A stretch of 51,897 nt of DNA from Candidatus Heimdallarchaeota archaeon (lineage in GTDB: Archaea > Asgardarchaeota > Heimdallarchaeia > Heimdallarchaeales > Heimdallarchaeaceae): assembly GCA_018238545.1 (NCBI GenBank), contig JABCTC010000025.1, positions 1-51,897 of the forward strand. The letters are read 5' to 3'. The notes beneath the pieces are model-generated. The model was not told the origin of the DNA. It was given only the letters and a program-made list of their open reading frames with translations, and did not search any database. The position numbers and the translations under genes are program-made. How positions within the stretch are numbered: the first letter of the stretch is position 1; the number at the start of each line of letters is the position of its first letter. Below, piece by piece: positions 26,371-36,413 of this stretch.

Positions 26371-28508
26371 CAATTGAGAAACTTCCGGCTGAACAAGGCT
26401 TACTTTATTATTTCATTAAACAAGTTCGTCCAGAACTTGCTGAGAAGATTACAGAAACAAAAACAATTGAAACCATGATAGTAGGATTAGGTAGACAAGG
26501 AACAAGACATGCTCAACTGATGATGGAATATGGTACAAATGTTACTTGTGGTGTAGCTAAAGGAAAAGGTGGAACTTTAGTTCATGAGAGAATTCCTGTA
26601 TATGAGAGCGCTCAAGATGCTATGGAAAAGCACCCAAATATCGCAGTTGCCAGCATTTGGAGGCATTATTCAACAGCAAAAGATGCTACAATCGAAGTAA
26701 TTAGAGCTGGGATACCAATCGTTGTCTTGATTTCTGAGTTTATTCCACTAAAAGATGTCAGAGACATACTTGTTGAAGCGAGGAAACATAAAACTATTTT
26801 ATTCGGAGGAAATACTCCTGGTATAATTTTTCCGCCAGAAGGAATAAAAGTTGGAATGCTTCCAGATATCTTTCAAGCTGAATTGGTTGGGGATATAATA
26901 GGACCAAAGGGTGTCACTATTCTTTCACGAAGCGGGGCGATTCTCTACCATTTATCAGATGCATTAGCAAGTGCAGGTATTGCTCAAAACGGTGTACTTG
27001 GTGTTGGAGGAGATGGAGCAATTGGTTCTCGTTTTGTAGACCTTGTTTCAAGAATTATGTTTTATGAAAATACTGATCTTGTTGTCATTGCTGGAGAAAT
27101 TGGAGGGATGCAAGAAGAACTTCTTGCACAAGACATGTTAGCACATCCAGAAAAATATCCTAAGCCTTTGGTTGCTTTGATTTCAGGTGCCAACGCTCCC
27201 GAGGGAAAAACAATGGGTCATGCTGGAGCTGTAATTTCTCCTGGACAAAAATTCGGGACTTATGAGTCAAAACGAGAGGTGTTGGAACAAGCTGGAGTCA
27301 CAGTAGTTAATCATCAACATGATTTAATTGAAGCTGTCAAAACAAAACTAGATAGGTCATATTTTGATGTTGAAAGATATTATAACAAAATGCAGAAGAA
27401 ATGGGATGAAAAACCACCTGAAAAAATTTGGGGTACTTTGATAACAAATGTTATGCCTAACAACTTGATAATAAGAGGTTACCCACTGCAAGATATTATA
27501 GCCAATAAAGGACTGTTAGAAACATCTTATCTTTTACAAGTTGGGGAATTTCCAGATGAATCAACATTAGTTGAGCTAGAAAAGATAGCTGTGGATGCAG
27601 CAAGGCAACCTTTTGTAAACCATAATGCGGTTCCCACAAGCCTAGACATTTCAAAGATGTTAGGAACATGTCTCTTGCTTGATACTCGCTTGTCCAACTA
27701 CGTTAATTTGACTAGTGATGTAGCTGAAGTCGCTGCGTTTAGTTTAGGAAGAATGCTAAGATATCTTGCAATACTCTTAGGAAACATAGACATGATTGAG
27801 AATGCAGGTGAAGAAGATATCTCTTTCAGTAAAATGATATATTTTGGACTTGTAGGAGAAGAACAGCCAGATCCATTAAAAGTTAAGTTACTTGAATCTA
27901 TGCTAACAGCTTGTGTCGATCACGGCATAACACCTCCATCTGCTCAAGCAACATTGGTATTAGCATCTACTAGAGCAAGTTTTGAGGTAGCAATGTCAGC
28001 TGGTCTTCAAGCGATTACTGATGTTCATGGAGGAGCAGGACAAAGGGCCGCTGGTTTTTTCTTGTCTATAGCAAAAAAAGCTAGAGAAGAGAATATTAAA
28101 CTTGATGAAGCAACATTTGAATTAATTCGCGATACAATCAAAGCAGGCAAAAGAGTAGAGGGGTTAGGTCACCGCATACATACTCAAGACCCTAGAAGAG
28201 ATGTTCTTTGGCAACTTGCTGAAGAGGCAGGTTACGCAAAAGAATGTGTTGCTATATCAAAAATTGTAAGCGATGTTTTCTACAGAATAAGAGGAATGAA
28301 TCTTCCAATAAATGTAGACGGCGTGATAGCTGCAATTGTTGCCGATATGAAATTAGATCCAAAACTAGCAAAAGCAATTTTCGTGTTTGGAAGAACAGCA
28401 GGTTTAGCTGCCCATTACTATGAGGAAATCAGTACACAACCACAAATGAGACGACTAGCGTTTGATAAAGCGGTATACAAAGGATCTTCTATTCGAGAGA
28501 TAAAATAA
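26367..28508 (+). CDS. SucD-like alpha subunit fused to citryl-CoA lyase/citrate synthase-like domain (AclA-like)
   Basis: GGNTPG, SRSG, GEIGG, phospho-His MGHAGA; C-term DHG, HGGA, GLGHR, NVDG. Confidence 0.9.
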   Translation: MTIEKLPAEQGLLYYFIKQVRPELAEKITETKTIETMIVGLGRQGTRHAQLMMEYGTNVTCGVAKGKGGTLVHERIPVYESAQDAMEKHPNIAVASIWRHYSTAKDATIEVIRAGIPIVVLISEFIPLKDVRDILVEARKHKTILFGGNTPGIIFPPEGIKVGMLPDIFQAELVGDIIGPKGVTILSRSGAILYHLSDALASAGIAQNGVLGVGGDGAIGSRFVDLVSRIMFYENTDLVVIAGEIGGMQEELLAQDMLAHPEKYPKPLVALISGANAPEGKTMGHAGAVISPGQKFGTYESKREVLEQAGVTVVNHQHDLIEAVKTKLDRSYFDVERYYNKMQKKWDEKPPEKIWGTLITNVMPNNLIIRGYPLQDIIANKGLLETSYLLQVGEFPDESTLVELEKIAVDAARQPFVNHNAVPTSLDISKMLGTCLLLDTRLSNYVNLTSDVAEVAAFSLGRMLRYLAILLGNIDMIENAGEEDISFSKMIYFGLVGEEQPDPLKVKLLESMLTACVDHGITPPSAQATLVLASTRASFEVAMSAGLQAITDVHGGAGQRAAGFFLSIAKKAREENIKLDEATFELIRDTIKAGKRVEGLGHRIHTQDPRRDVLWQLAEEAGYAKECVAISKIVSDVFYRIRGMNLPINVDGVIAAIVADMKLDPKLAKAIFVFGRTAGLAAHYYEEISTQPQMRRLAFDKAVYKGSSIREIK

Positions 28509-28571
28509 TATCCTTAAACTTGTTTGAAGGCTTTATTCTCTTCTATTAGGGATGCTTTGTTGGAGATAAGA

Positions 28572-29363
28572 ATGAAAACTTTAGCATTTGAAATAATTGG
28601 GAGTGTTTTGATTATTAGGGGTTCAGCTAATGATAGAATTTTGAAAGAATTTGCAGAAGAAAAGATGAAGAAACATCCGTATATTCAAACAGTTATGTTA
28701 CAAACCACAAAAATACAAGGTCAGGAGAGAATTCGCAAACTAAAATTTCTTACTGGAGATAGGAATTTCGAAACAATTCACAGAGAACATGGTAATCAAT
28801 ACTTACTCAACCCCCTAGACACCTTTTTTTCACCTAGATTAAGTTTTGAAAGAATGAGGATAGCTAGCCTAGTCAAAGAAAACGAAGTCGTTCTTAATTT
28901 CTTTGCTGGAGTGGGACCGTTTAGCATTACAATCGCTAAGAAACAAAAAAATTGTTTAATTCATAGTATAGAAATTAACGAAAAAGCATGCAATTACATG
29001 CGAAAAAATATTGAACTAAACAATTGTGAAGACAATATTATTGTATATTGCGGAGATGCTTTTGATATTGTTCCTTATAGATTTCTAAATTCTGCAGATA
29101 GAGTGTTACTTCCACTTCCGCTAGAATCAAAGAGTTCCTTGCCTTTGGCTATTGAATGCTTAAAAGAGGGCAAAGGCACTATTCACTGGCAAATAACTGA
29201 TCACCTGAGTTCAAAGAATATTGATTTGAATGATGTAACCACAAGCATAGAGAGGATATTTGCAAGAGAGAGTGTTTCTTTTGGATACAGTATTAGTGAG
29301 TATCGCATTATTAGATGGATTGCACCTCATATTGCGCATATTGCAATAGATATCGAATTATGA
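28572..29363 (+). CDS. Trm5/Taw2(TYW2)-family SAM-dependent tRNA modification enzyme
   Basis: ETIHREHG, FFSPRLSFER, FAGVGPF, EIN, GDA, DRV.LPLP. ATG at 28572 preferred. Confidence 0.88.
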   Translation: MKTLAFEIIGSVLIIRGSANDRILKEFAEEKMKKHPYIQTVMLQTTKIQGQERIRKLKFLTGDRNFETIHREHGNQYLLNPLDTFFSPRLSFERMRIASLVKENEVVLNFFAGVGPFSITIAKKQKNCLIHSIEINEKACNYMRKNIELNNCEDNIIVYCGDAFDIVPYRFLNSADRVLLPLPLESKSSLPLAIECLKEGKGTIHWQITDHLSSKNIDLNDVTTSIERIFARESVSFGYSISEYRIIRWIAPHIAHIAIDIEL

Positions 29364-29783
29364 AATTGAAAATTCACTTGCGTAATCTGCAATCTGAACT
29401 AGTTCTTCAATCATTTCTTCACTTGTAAGAATAATTTCATTTTTTGGTTTCACTTGTTCTATTGTTTTGATAAAATCGTTTACTGAAATTTGACTATTAC
29501 ATAGAAAAAGATCAACATTTGCTACTAATATAGTGTGATTATTATTCGAAGACAAGCTCTTAAAAGCATCTAACCCAAGGGTCCTAATTTCTGTTTTATT
29601 AATAATCTGAATCTGTAAATGGCTACGACTCTCTAGGTTTTTAATCCAATTATAATTATCATTAAAAACAATAAAAGTAGTCTTTAGAGAATGACCTTCA
29701 GATCTAATAATTGTACCTAGACCTGTTTCAAAAGCCTTTATCCTATCTCCAAAGTAGAAATGAACCAAACCTGACATTATCAT
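29358..29783 (-). CDS. Degenerate CobA/CobO adenosyltransferase-like protein
   Basis: GLVHFYFG..., R..GH, EIILT, L..IADY.SE match the CobA layout, but the GxGKGKT P-loop is lost. Confidence 0.6.
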   Translation of the reverse strand: MIMSGLVHFYFGDRIKAFETGLGTIIRSEGHSLKTTFIVFNDNYNWIKNLESRSHLQIQIINKTEIRTLGLDAFKSLSSNNNHTILVANVDLFLCNSQISVNDFIKTIEQVKPKNEIILTSEEMIEELVQIADYASEFSIS

Positions 29784-29802
29784 TCCAGCTTAAAAACTAC
29801 TT

Positions 29803-31146
29803 CTAAATTTTCTTTATATATCTTCTATAACCATCTAATGTATCTTCAATCCTTAGAACATGTTTTTCGGCCTTAATTCTGAGTTCTTGCCATTCTTCTT
29901 CATCAATCTTCTCAGAATTTAATGCTTGTTCAAGTTGTTGAATTCGCTCTAAGGCTTTTTGTCTCTTCGATTCTAAATGAGTAATAATGTTCTGAATGTC
30001 TTCAGATTGCACAGGAGATTTCTCCGTTTCACCCGATTCTGCTTCAATCATTTTGGTTAGAGGAGATTTTTCTTCTGGTTCAATGTCTTTTTCTTCGGAA
30101 ACGTGTGCTATTGTTTTCTTGATAGATGAAACGAACTCTGCTGCATCTTCTTCTCCTTCTGGTGCAGAGAGAACACTTCCCAAACGCGATACTGAAGTCC
30201 TGAAAGCGTGTACTTCTTCCAGCTCTTCATCTGTAAGTCCTTCATCAATTATTAGTTCTTGCTCAGGTATTAAGGAAATATCATCACCTAAAGTCAGTAA
30301 TTTTTCAGTTAAAGGCGATATTATGGAATCGTCCCCAGGATCTAGAGCTGTTAAAAGGCTAGCTAGTTTTCTTAATGATTCTTGTTCAGATTCCAAAGTT
30401 TGCATAAATGGCTCTTGTTCGAATTCATATTGTGAAGCCAATTCTATTCCTTCAATCAAATCTTTCGTATCTGATGAAATGTCTTCCTTTTCTTTAATCA
30501 CAATTCCGTCTTTCACTTCTGACGCAGTCTCTGTTTTAGTAGTATCAATCTCCTCATCTGCCCCTTCTTCTTTTGTTTCTTCATCAAGAACCTCTTTTTC
30601 AGACGGGATATCTTTGATTACTTCTTCCTTTTCTTTAGTGTCAATTTCATGAATAACTTCAACCTTTTTCTCCGATTCAGTTTCCTTCTCGATAATTTCA
30701 CCCTTTGGTGATTTTGATGTTTTTGCCTTAATCTTTTTTATTTCTTCATTTAAAGAATGGAGACTCAATTCTAAAGACTCAAGTTTCGCATTTAAATATT
30801 GGAGTGCATCATTATCAACTGCTACCGAGCGTTGATATTCAATCTGTAACATATTAGCATGAGTTATCACATTATAAACGGTATCTGTCATTTCAGGTAA
30901 CTCACGAAACCAAGGTCCAGCACTATCAAATTTTAATAATACGTCTTTTGCTTTTTGAAAATGTTTTTCATATTCTTCTTGCTGTTCAAGAGGCAGAAAG
31001 GATTTAGCAAAAGATGTTAAAGTTGCAAGGTTTGTTATTAGATGTGCTTTGACGTTTTCTTCCTCATCAGGATTGTATTCTCCTTTTAAGACACCCCAAA
31101 ACATCTTTTTTATTTCTTCAATGGCTTCTTCGAGATTCATTATCAA
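29803..31146 (-). CDS. Acidic hypothetical protein with helical N- and C-terminal domains
   Basis: 447-aa ORF, Glu-rich low-complexity centre, coiled-coil C-terminus; overlaps the stop of the upstream gene. Confidence 0.7.
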   Translation of the reverse strand: MIMNLEEAIEEIKKMFWGVLKGEYNPDEEENVKAHLITNLATLTSFAKSFLPLEQQEEYEKHFQKAKDVLLKFDSAGPWFRELPEMTDTVYNVITHANMLQIEYQRSVAVDNDALQYLNAKLESLELSLHSLNEEIKKIKAKTSKSPKGEIIEKETESEKKVEVIHEIDTKEKEEVIKDIPSEKEVLDEETKEEGADEEIDTTKTETASEVKDGIVIKEKEDISSDTKDLIEGIELASQYEFEQEPFMQTLESEQESLRKLASLLTALDPGDDSIISPLTEKLLTLGDDISLIPEQELIIDEGLTDEELEEVHAFRTSVSRLGSVLSAPEGEEDAAEFVSSIKKTIAHVSEEKDIEPEEKSPLTKMIEAESGETEKSPVQSEDIQNIITHLESKRQKALERIQQLEQALNSEKIDEEEWQELRIKAEKHVLRIEDTLDGYRRYIKKI

Positions 31147-32156
31147 AACCCTAAATTAATGGTTCTTCGCTTTGTAAAATCTGGAGGGAGAGATGGTTCT
31201 ATAAAAACTGCTTCAGCATTTAAGTCCTCTCTCATTTGGTTAACAGATTCTAGTTTTTCAGCTGATGAAACATTCCAGAAATACAAAGAGTATTTCATAC
31301 CAGAACTTGAATAGTCCTTGAGAACTTCAAGTGATGAAAGTATTTGTTGATACTCTGGTGTTCCTCGTGAGGGGAAGGATTCATTCCAAGGGTTAACATG
31401 AATAACAAAATTATTCGTTATTTTTGCCAATTCGTTAATATTTTGGCCAAAATACTCATCGGCGCCTACAAGATAACCCGTTTCTTTATCAGCCTTAACT
31501 GCGATTGCAATATCAATGTTTTTGAGGTTCTTAATTGAATCTGTTATTTCCCTTAAAGTTTGATTTATGTAGGTTGCTCTAGATTCCTTCCATTCTGCTA
31601 GTAAGTCTCTAGATTCAAGGAAATCAGAGCTAAAGTCTCGTTCCACGTTCCATTTAGTAGCAAAAATCCTGCGGCATCGATCACAGAAACAGGTTTGTTT
31701 GCTTGGAAACATCAATCCATCAAGCACAAGGGATTCGATTGGATATTGTGCAATCTCTAGAGCAATTGATGCAACATATTTGCTGAAATGCTCTTGACTT
31801 GGACATGCATATGACGGCACAACTCCACCCTCATTATTAGTGATTCGGAAATCTGCATTTTGTGAGAGAAAATTATCTTCATGATTGTAAATAAATGCGT
31901 TAACTTTGATCCCCATATTATCTGCTATTGTACAGAAGGAGTGGAAAAACACACCGTTGAATTTATCTTTAGGGGCACTGTTGCTCTGGTAAAAAGTGAA
32001 ACCAGACCTTCCTTTTGCAACCAAAGCAATTGTATCTAAAATATGACCGTAGTGATCAAGAAAATCATCAGGGTCTGTATCAATAATGGTAGGGTTAACT
32101 ACCAGTATTGCTCCGCTTTCAAGTATTTCTTGAATAATATCTGCCAAAGTAATCAC
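31143..32156 (-). CDS. TIM-barrel glycoside hydrolase-like protein
   Basis: ACPS, LVLDG..FP, CFCDRCRR.F, W...R pattern of GH42/GHL-like barrels. Confidence 0.6.
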   Translation of the reverse strand: MITLADIIQEILESGAILVVNPTIIDTDPDDFLDHYGHILDTIALVAKGRSGFTFYQSNSAPKDKFNGVFFHSFCTIADNMGIKVNAFIYNHEDNFLSQNADFRITNNEGGVVPSYACPSQEHFSKYVASIALEIAQYPIESLVLDGLMFPSKQTCFCDRCRRIFATKWNVERDFSSDFLESRDLLAEWKESRATYINQTLREITDSIKNLKNIDIAIAVKADKETGYLVGADEYFGQNINELAKITNNFVIHVNPWNESFPSRGTPEYQQILSSLEVLKDYSSSGMKYSLYFWNVSSAEKLESVNQMREDLNAEAVFIEPSLPPDFTKRRTINLGF

Positions 32157-32236
32157 ACTGACGTTTTATTTAATATGATAAACGATTTTTTCCTTATTAA
32201 ACATTTGTTCAAAGGCCTCGGTCTTATCTTCAGTTC

Positions 32237-32674
32237 TTATTGTAAGTTCAAGAGATAAAGATTGAATTCCTCGTCTTTTTTTCTAGTTATAGTGGAATTA
32301 ATTTCGAAGATAGTAAACTCTCCTGTGACACTAATAATTGTACCAGGAAGTACGTGCCCACCAAATGTGCTTCCCTTAATGTCACCTATAATCATATGAA
32401 TATGGGGGATATAATGAGCTGTTTCCTCATTTTTTGAGATATTACCAGTACAGCTTAAAATTTCAGCATTGAAATCGAATTTATTTTCTAAATATGTTTT
32501 TTTATCCAAATCATAATATCCTAGTGAAGCCTTACTTACTGCACCTAAACCATAGATAGCACCAGACAAGAGATTCTTTTCTTTACAATATTCAATAATG
32601 CTTTCTAACACATCTTCACCTGTCACTAAACGTAAAAAATGAACACCTTTCAATTCATCAAATTTAGATTGCAT
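32237..32674 (-). CDS. PPC-domain (DUF296) protein
   Basis: RL..GED, GLGAV, EILS..GNI, HIH, GGHV. Confidence 0.92.
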   Translation of the reverse strand: MQSKFDELKGVHFLRLVTGEDVLESIIEYCKEKNLLSGAIYGLGAVSKASLGYYDLDKKTYLENKFDFNAEILSCTGNISKNEETAHYIPHIHMIIGDIKGSTFGGHVLPGTIISVTGEFTIFEINSTITRKKDEEFNLYLLNLQ

Positions 32675-32862
32675 AATCTATCACCAATTTGTCATTAAGT
32701 ATTTTCTAATTATATAAGATTCTTCATCTACTCATACAAAAATGTTCTAGTAAAACCAAAAAGAGGAGAAAATCTCTTTTAATCTTGACTATTTAACAAC
32801 AAATATTATATTTGTATGTTTTAATATCTCTCAATAATAATAATTTTAGAGTTATTGATATT

Positions 32863-35607
32863 ATGAATTCTAATCTTACCAAATTTCTATCCGAAAATTC
32901 AAAAAAAGAAAAAGAGGAATTGAATCTTCAGAATCAGGCTAATGAGGTCAAGGAGAACAATTTTCCAGATGATGAAGAGAGAAATCACAGGTTTATTGTG
33001 AATCATAGTAAGCGAACTGTTGAGGGAAAGGGGAAAGATTACATCTTATCTGCCCCTGATAATTTACCACCCTCGGTTTTAATAGACGTAAAATATGATG
33101 GCAAGAATGAGCAAGCTTATGTAAAATTGTTCAATCCGGAGGATGGAAAAGTTTACCGGTGGCATGATAACACAAACCATTTACCGTATCTATTAACAAC
33201 TTTGAGCAAAACTCAAGTTGAGGCACAATTAAAAAACGAGAAGGAATTCATAGGTTGTGAGATAGTAAAGAAACAGAATCTGTTAAACGATAAAACTATA
33301 AATTTAACTAAGGTTCTGGCATCCAATCCTTTAGCGATTGGTGGCAAAAACAACAGCTACAGAGACCAACTGTCTCCATCTTTTGAATCCAATATTCGCT
33401 ACCATCTTAGCTATATTTATGATCGTCATTTAGTTCCATGTACCTATTACTCAATTCAAAATGGGGATTTGATAAGGGAGGAGCCAACAATTAGTAAAGA
33501 AGTACAAGAAGGCATTTTTGAAATTTTTAAGGGGCAATCAACAGAAATTGCGAGAATGGTTAAACAAAATATGCCTTTATTCTTTGCACCTATTCCTAAT
33601 ATTAAACGCTGTTCCGTTGACATTGAAACACATAGCCAGCCAAATAGAATCCCTGACCCAAATGCAGCTCTTGAAAAAGTAATCTCTATAGGAATTTCGG
33701 ATACTGATGGAAATACTTGTGTTTATGTGCTCAATGAGGAAGGTAAGAAGATTGACAAAGTTAGAGCAATTAGTAATTTCATTGAGTTCAAAGACGAAGC
33801 TGAATTGCTAAAAGCAGTTTTCAAAAAGATGAGTAAGTATCCAATAGTTATTACATTCAATGGAGACAATTTCGATTTCCTATATCTAGATAATAGAGCA
33901 AAACGACTGAAAATAGAAGAAACTATGATCCCTTTTGTTAGAACAAGGTCTCAAGATATCTATCTCTCTCATGCAGCCCATATTGATTTGTATCGATTCT
34001 TCAGACAACCAGCAATGAGAATTTACGCATTTGGTGGTGCTTATGACAGAGTTACACTAGATGAGCTAGGAAAATCACTACTTGGCAAAGAAAAAGTGAA
34101 ACTAGATAAATACATTTGGGACTTAGATTTAGAAGATTTAATCAAATATAATGCACAAGATGCAGACATTACTCTTGAATTAACAACATTTAGTAATAAT
34201 CAAGCAATAGAACTCATTTTTATGTTATCCAGAATCACAAAGATGCCAATTGATGATTTCACAAGATCTAGTGTAAGCATTTGGGTTCAAAACTGGATGT
34301 ATTTTGAACACAGACTTCTAAATTATCTAATCCCAAGAAAAGAAGACATTATGCGACTGAAAGGAGATACATCTACAGAGGCGATTATCAAAGGTAAGAA
34401 GTATCAAGGAGCGATTGTAATTGAACCTCAAGCGGGTGTGTGGTGGAACGTTCATCTGCTTGATTTTGCAAGTCTGTATCCTTCAATTATTAAAACTAGG
34501 AACCTATCGTATGAAACAATTAACTGTAATCATGCAGAGTGTAAAGTAAATAAAATTCCTGAGACAAGTCATTGGGTTTGTGGCAAGAATGTGGGAATAA
34601 GCTCCATGCTTGTTGGATTTATTAGGGATATTCGTGTTTATTGGTTTAAAGACCGAGCAAAAAATCCAAACCTTAGTGAAAGTGAGAGAAACCAGAGTAA
34701 CGTGATTCAATCCTCACTAAAAGTTATTCTCAACGCTTCCTATGGTGTGTTTGGTTCGGATAATTTTGCTCTTTACTGTCCACCTGTTGCAGAATCAACG
34801 GCTGCTCTAGCCAGAGAAGCGATAACAAAAACCAAAGAATACTGTGAACAAAAATTAGGTTTACGAGTTCTTTACGGTGATACTGACAGCATCTTTGTGC
34901 TTCAACCAACTGAAGATAACATAAAAGAACTAGAAGATTGGAGTATGAAAACCTTTCAAATTGAATTAGGAACAGATTATGTTTTTCGATACTGTGGTTT
35001 TTCAGATAGAAAAAAGAATTACTTCGGTATCACAACTAAAGGAAAACCCATAGTGAAAGGTTTGATGGGGAAAAAGAAAAACACTCCTGGTATAGCTAAA
35101 CGTCCTTTTGAAAAAGCTCTAGAAATTTTAGTTGAAGTGCAGAATCCTGAGGAATTGGAAATTGCAAAGAAGCAAATTATAAAGATAATTCAGAAAGTTG
35201 TTCGGGAGGTATCTAAGAGAGAATTTAATCTTGAGGATCTTGCTGTCACTGTAACGCTTTCGAAAAAACTTGAACAATATGATAGTTGGACTCAACCTCT
35301 GCAAACAGCGGTTCAGTTAATCATAGCCTTTCCGGAAGGTGAAAAACCATCTGTTGGGAGCATTGTTAGTTTTATTAAAACCAAACCATTTAAAATTCAA
35401 TCAAATGCCGTTAAATTGTCTGATAAAATCAGCAAGAGTAGTGATTGTTCAGTTAAGCCACTTAGACTAGCTAAGAAAACCGACGCAGATATACCTAAAA
35501 TTAAAGAACTACTCAAGACAACATTAGTACAATTGTTTGACACCATTGGAATTTCATGGGATGAATCTGTCGAAGGACAAAAATCACTAGATAATTGGTT
35601 CAAATAG
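32863..35607 (+). CDS. polB: Family B DNA polymerase (PolB1-like)
   Basis: Exo motifs DIET/FNGDNFD/YNAQD; DFASLYPSII, K.ILNASYG, YGDTDS, KKNY; PIP box QKSLDNWF. ATG at 32863 preferred. Confidence 0.95.
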   Translation: MNSNLTKFLSENSKKEKEELNLQNQANEVKENNFPDDEERNHRFIVNHSKRTVEGKGKDYILSAPDNLPPSVLIDVKYDGKNEQAYVKLFNPEDGKVYRWHDNTNHLPYLLTTLSKTQVEAQLKNEKEFIGCEIVKKQNLLNDKTINLTKVLASNPLAIGGKNNSYRDQLSPSFESNIRYHLSYIYDRHLVPCTYYSIQNGDLIREEPTISKEVQEGIFEIFKGQSTEIARMVKQNMPLFFAPIPNIKRCSVDIETHSQPNRIPDPNAALEKVISIGISDTDGNTCVYVLNEEGKKIDKVRAISNFIEFKDEAELLKAVFKKMSKYPIVITFNGDNFDFLYLDNRAKRLKIEETMIPFVRTRSQDIYLSHAAHIDLYRFFRQPAMRIYAFGGAYDRVTLDELGKSLLGKEKVKLDKYIWDLDLEDLIKYNAQDADITLELTTFSNNQAIELIFMLSRITKMPIDDFTRSSVSIWVQNWMYFEHRLLNYLIPRKEDIMRLKGDTSTEAIIKGKKYQGAIVIEPQAGVWWNVHLLDFASLYPSIIKTRNLSYETINCNHAECKVNKIPETSHWVCGKNVGISSMLVGFIRDIRVYWFKDRAKNPNLSESERNQSNVIQSSLKVILNASYGVFGSDNFALYCPPVAESTAALAREAITKTKEYCEQKLGLRVLYGDTDSIFVLQPTEDNIKELEDWSMKTFQIELGTDYVFRYCGFSDRKKNYFGITTKGKPIVKGLMGKKKNTPGIAKRPFEKALEILVEVQNPEELEIAKKQIIKIIQKVVREVSKREFNLEDLAVTVTLSKKLEQYDSWTQPLQTAVQLIIAFPEGEKPSVGSIVSFIKTKPFKIQSNAVKLSDKISKSSDCSVKPLRLAKKTDADIPKIKELLKTTLVQLFDTIGISWDESVEGQKSLDNWFK

Positions 35608-35619
35608 AAGTTGATGTAG

Positions 35620-36333
35620 ATGTTAAGAACAACTATGATGAGAATTTCGCAGAAGTCGTTGAATATTGATACCTTAGATGAGTTTTACTCTTCTCTAGAT
35701 GATGAATCTATAACAATCAAGCGTATTTTTGATCCACGATATTCTTTTTCTGGAGATGATCTCATAATAGAGGGCGATATCGATAAGATTCTAACAAAAC
35801 TTGCACATGATTTGCCCAAAGTCATTTCAGTTCGTTATAGTTTTGACAAATGTGAGGATCTTTTTGATCCTATAACTGCTCTTAACATTCAATATGGAGA
35901 GACTAAGATTTACTTTGGAACAACTATGGTTGATTATGAAAACTTGTATGATAGATTACGAGTTAATGATAAGAAGAAGATATTGGCATTATTATTTAAA
36001 ACACAACTTGGAAGTCAATTCATTTCACTGATGCCAGTGAAGATAAAGGGGATTGTAGTAACGAATCAGTCAAATGGAAGTGTTGAATTTATATTACCAG
36101 CTCAAAGAATGGAAACTTTGAAAGCGTGGCTACAGAAACTTATACAAATGCGAACTGTGAATTTCGACACATTAGTTGATATCTATCGTGAAACTGACCC
36201 AAACATGAGAAGGAAAATGGAAGAAACGATAAGTTGGATCAACAATCAATTACCGGATATCGTGGCGAAATCAACTGTTGTGGAAGATATTGACATAGTT
36301 AGAGCATACCAAAACACCTTAGCACTCATGTGA
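35620..36333 (+). CDS. Hypothetical protein
   Basis: 237-aa ORF 12 nt after polB; no motif recognised. Confidence 0.7.
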   Translation: MLRTTMMRISQKSLNIDTLDEFYSSLDDESITIKRIFDPRYSFSGDDLIIEGDIDKILTKLAHDLPKVISVRYSFDKCEDLFDPITALNIQYGETKIYFGTTMVDYENLYDRLRVNDKKKILALLFKTQLGSQFISLMPVKIKGIVVTNQSNGSVEFILPAQRMETLKAWLQKLIQMRTVNFDTLVDIYRETDPNMRRKMEETISWINNQLPDIVAKSTVVEDIDIVRAYQNTLALM

Positions 36334-36413
36334 TTTTTTTCATTGATTTCTTTAAGACATAAAGAGTTAAAGTTAAAAATAAAGTCTTTTTATGCATTCA
36401 AGGAGAAAAAAAA

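Noticed and set aside
29996-30652. 218-aa Ser-rich plus-strand ORF, and the other short antisense ORFs in the track (e.g. 666..902, 20149..20514, 43138..43575, 51659..51874)
   Set aside because: Shadow frames of well-supported genes on the opposite strand; composition mirrors the sense codons.
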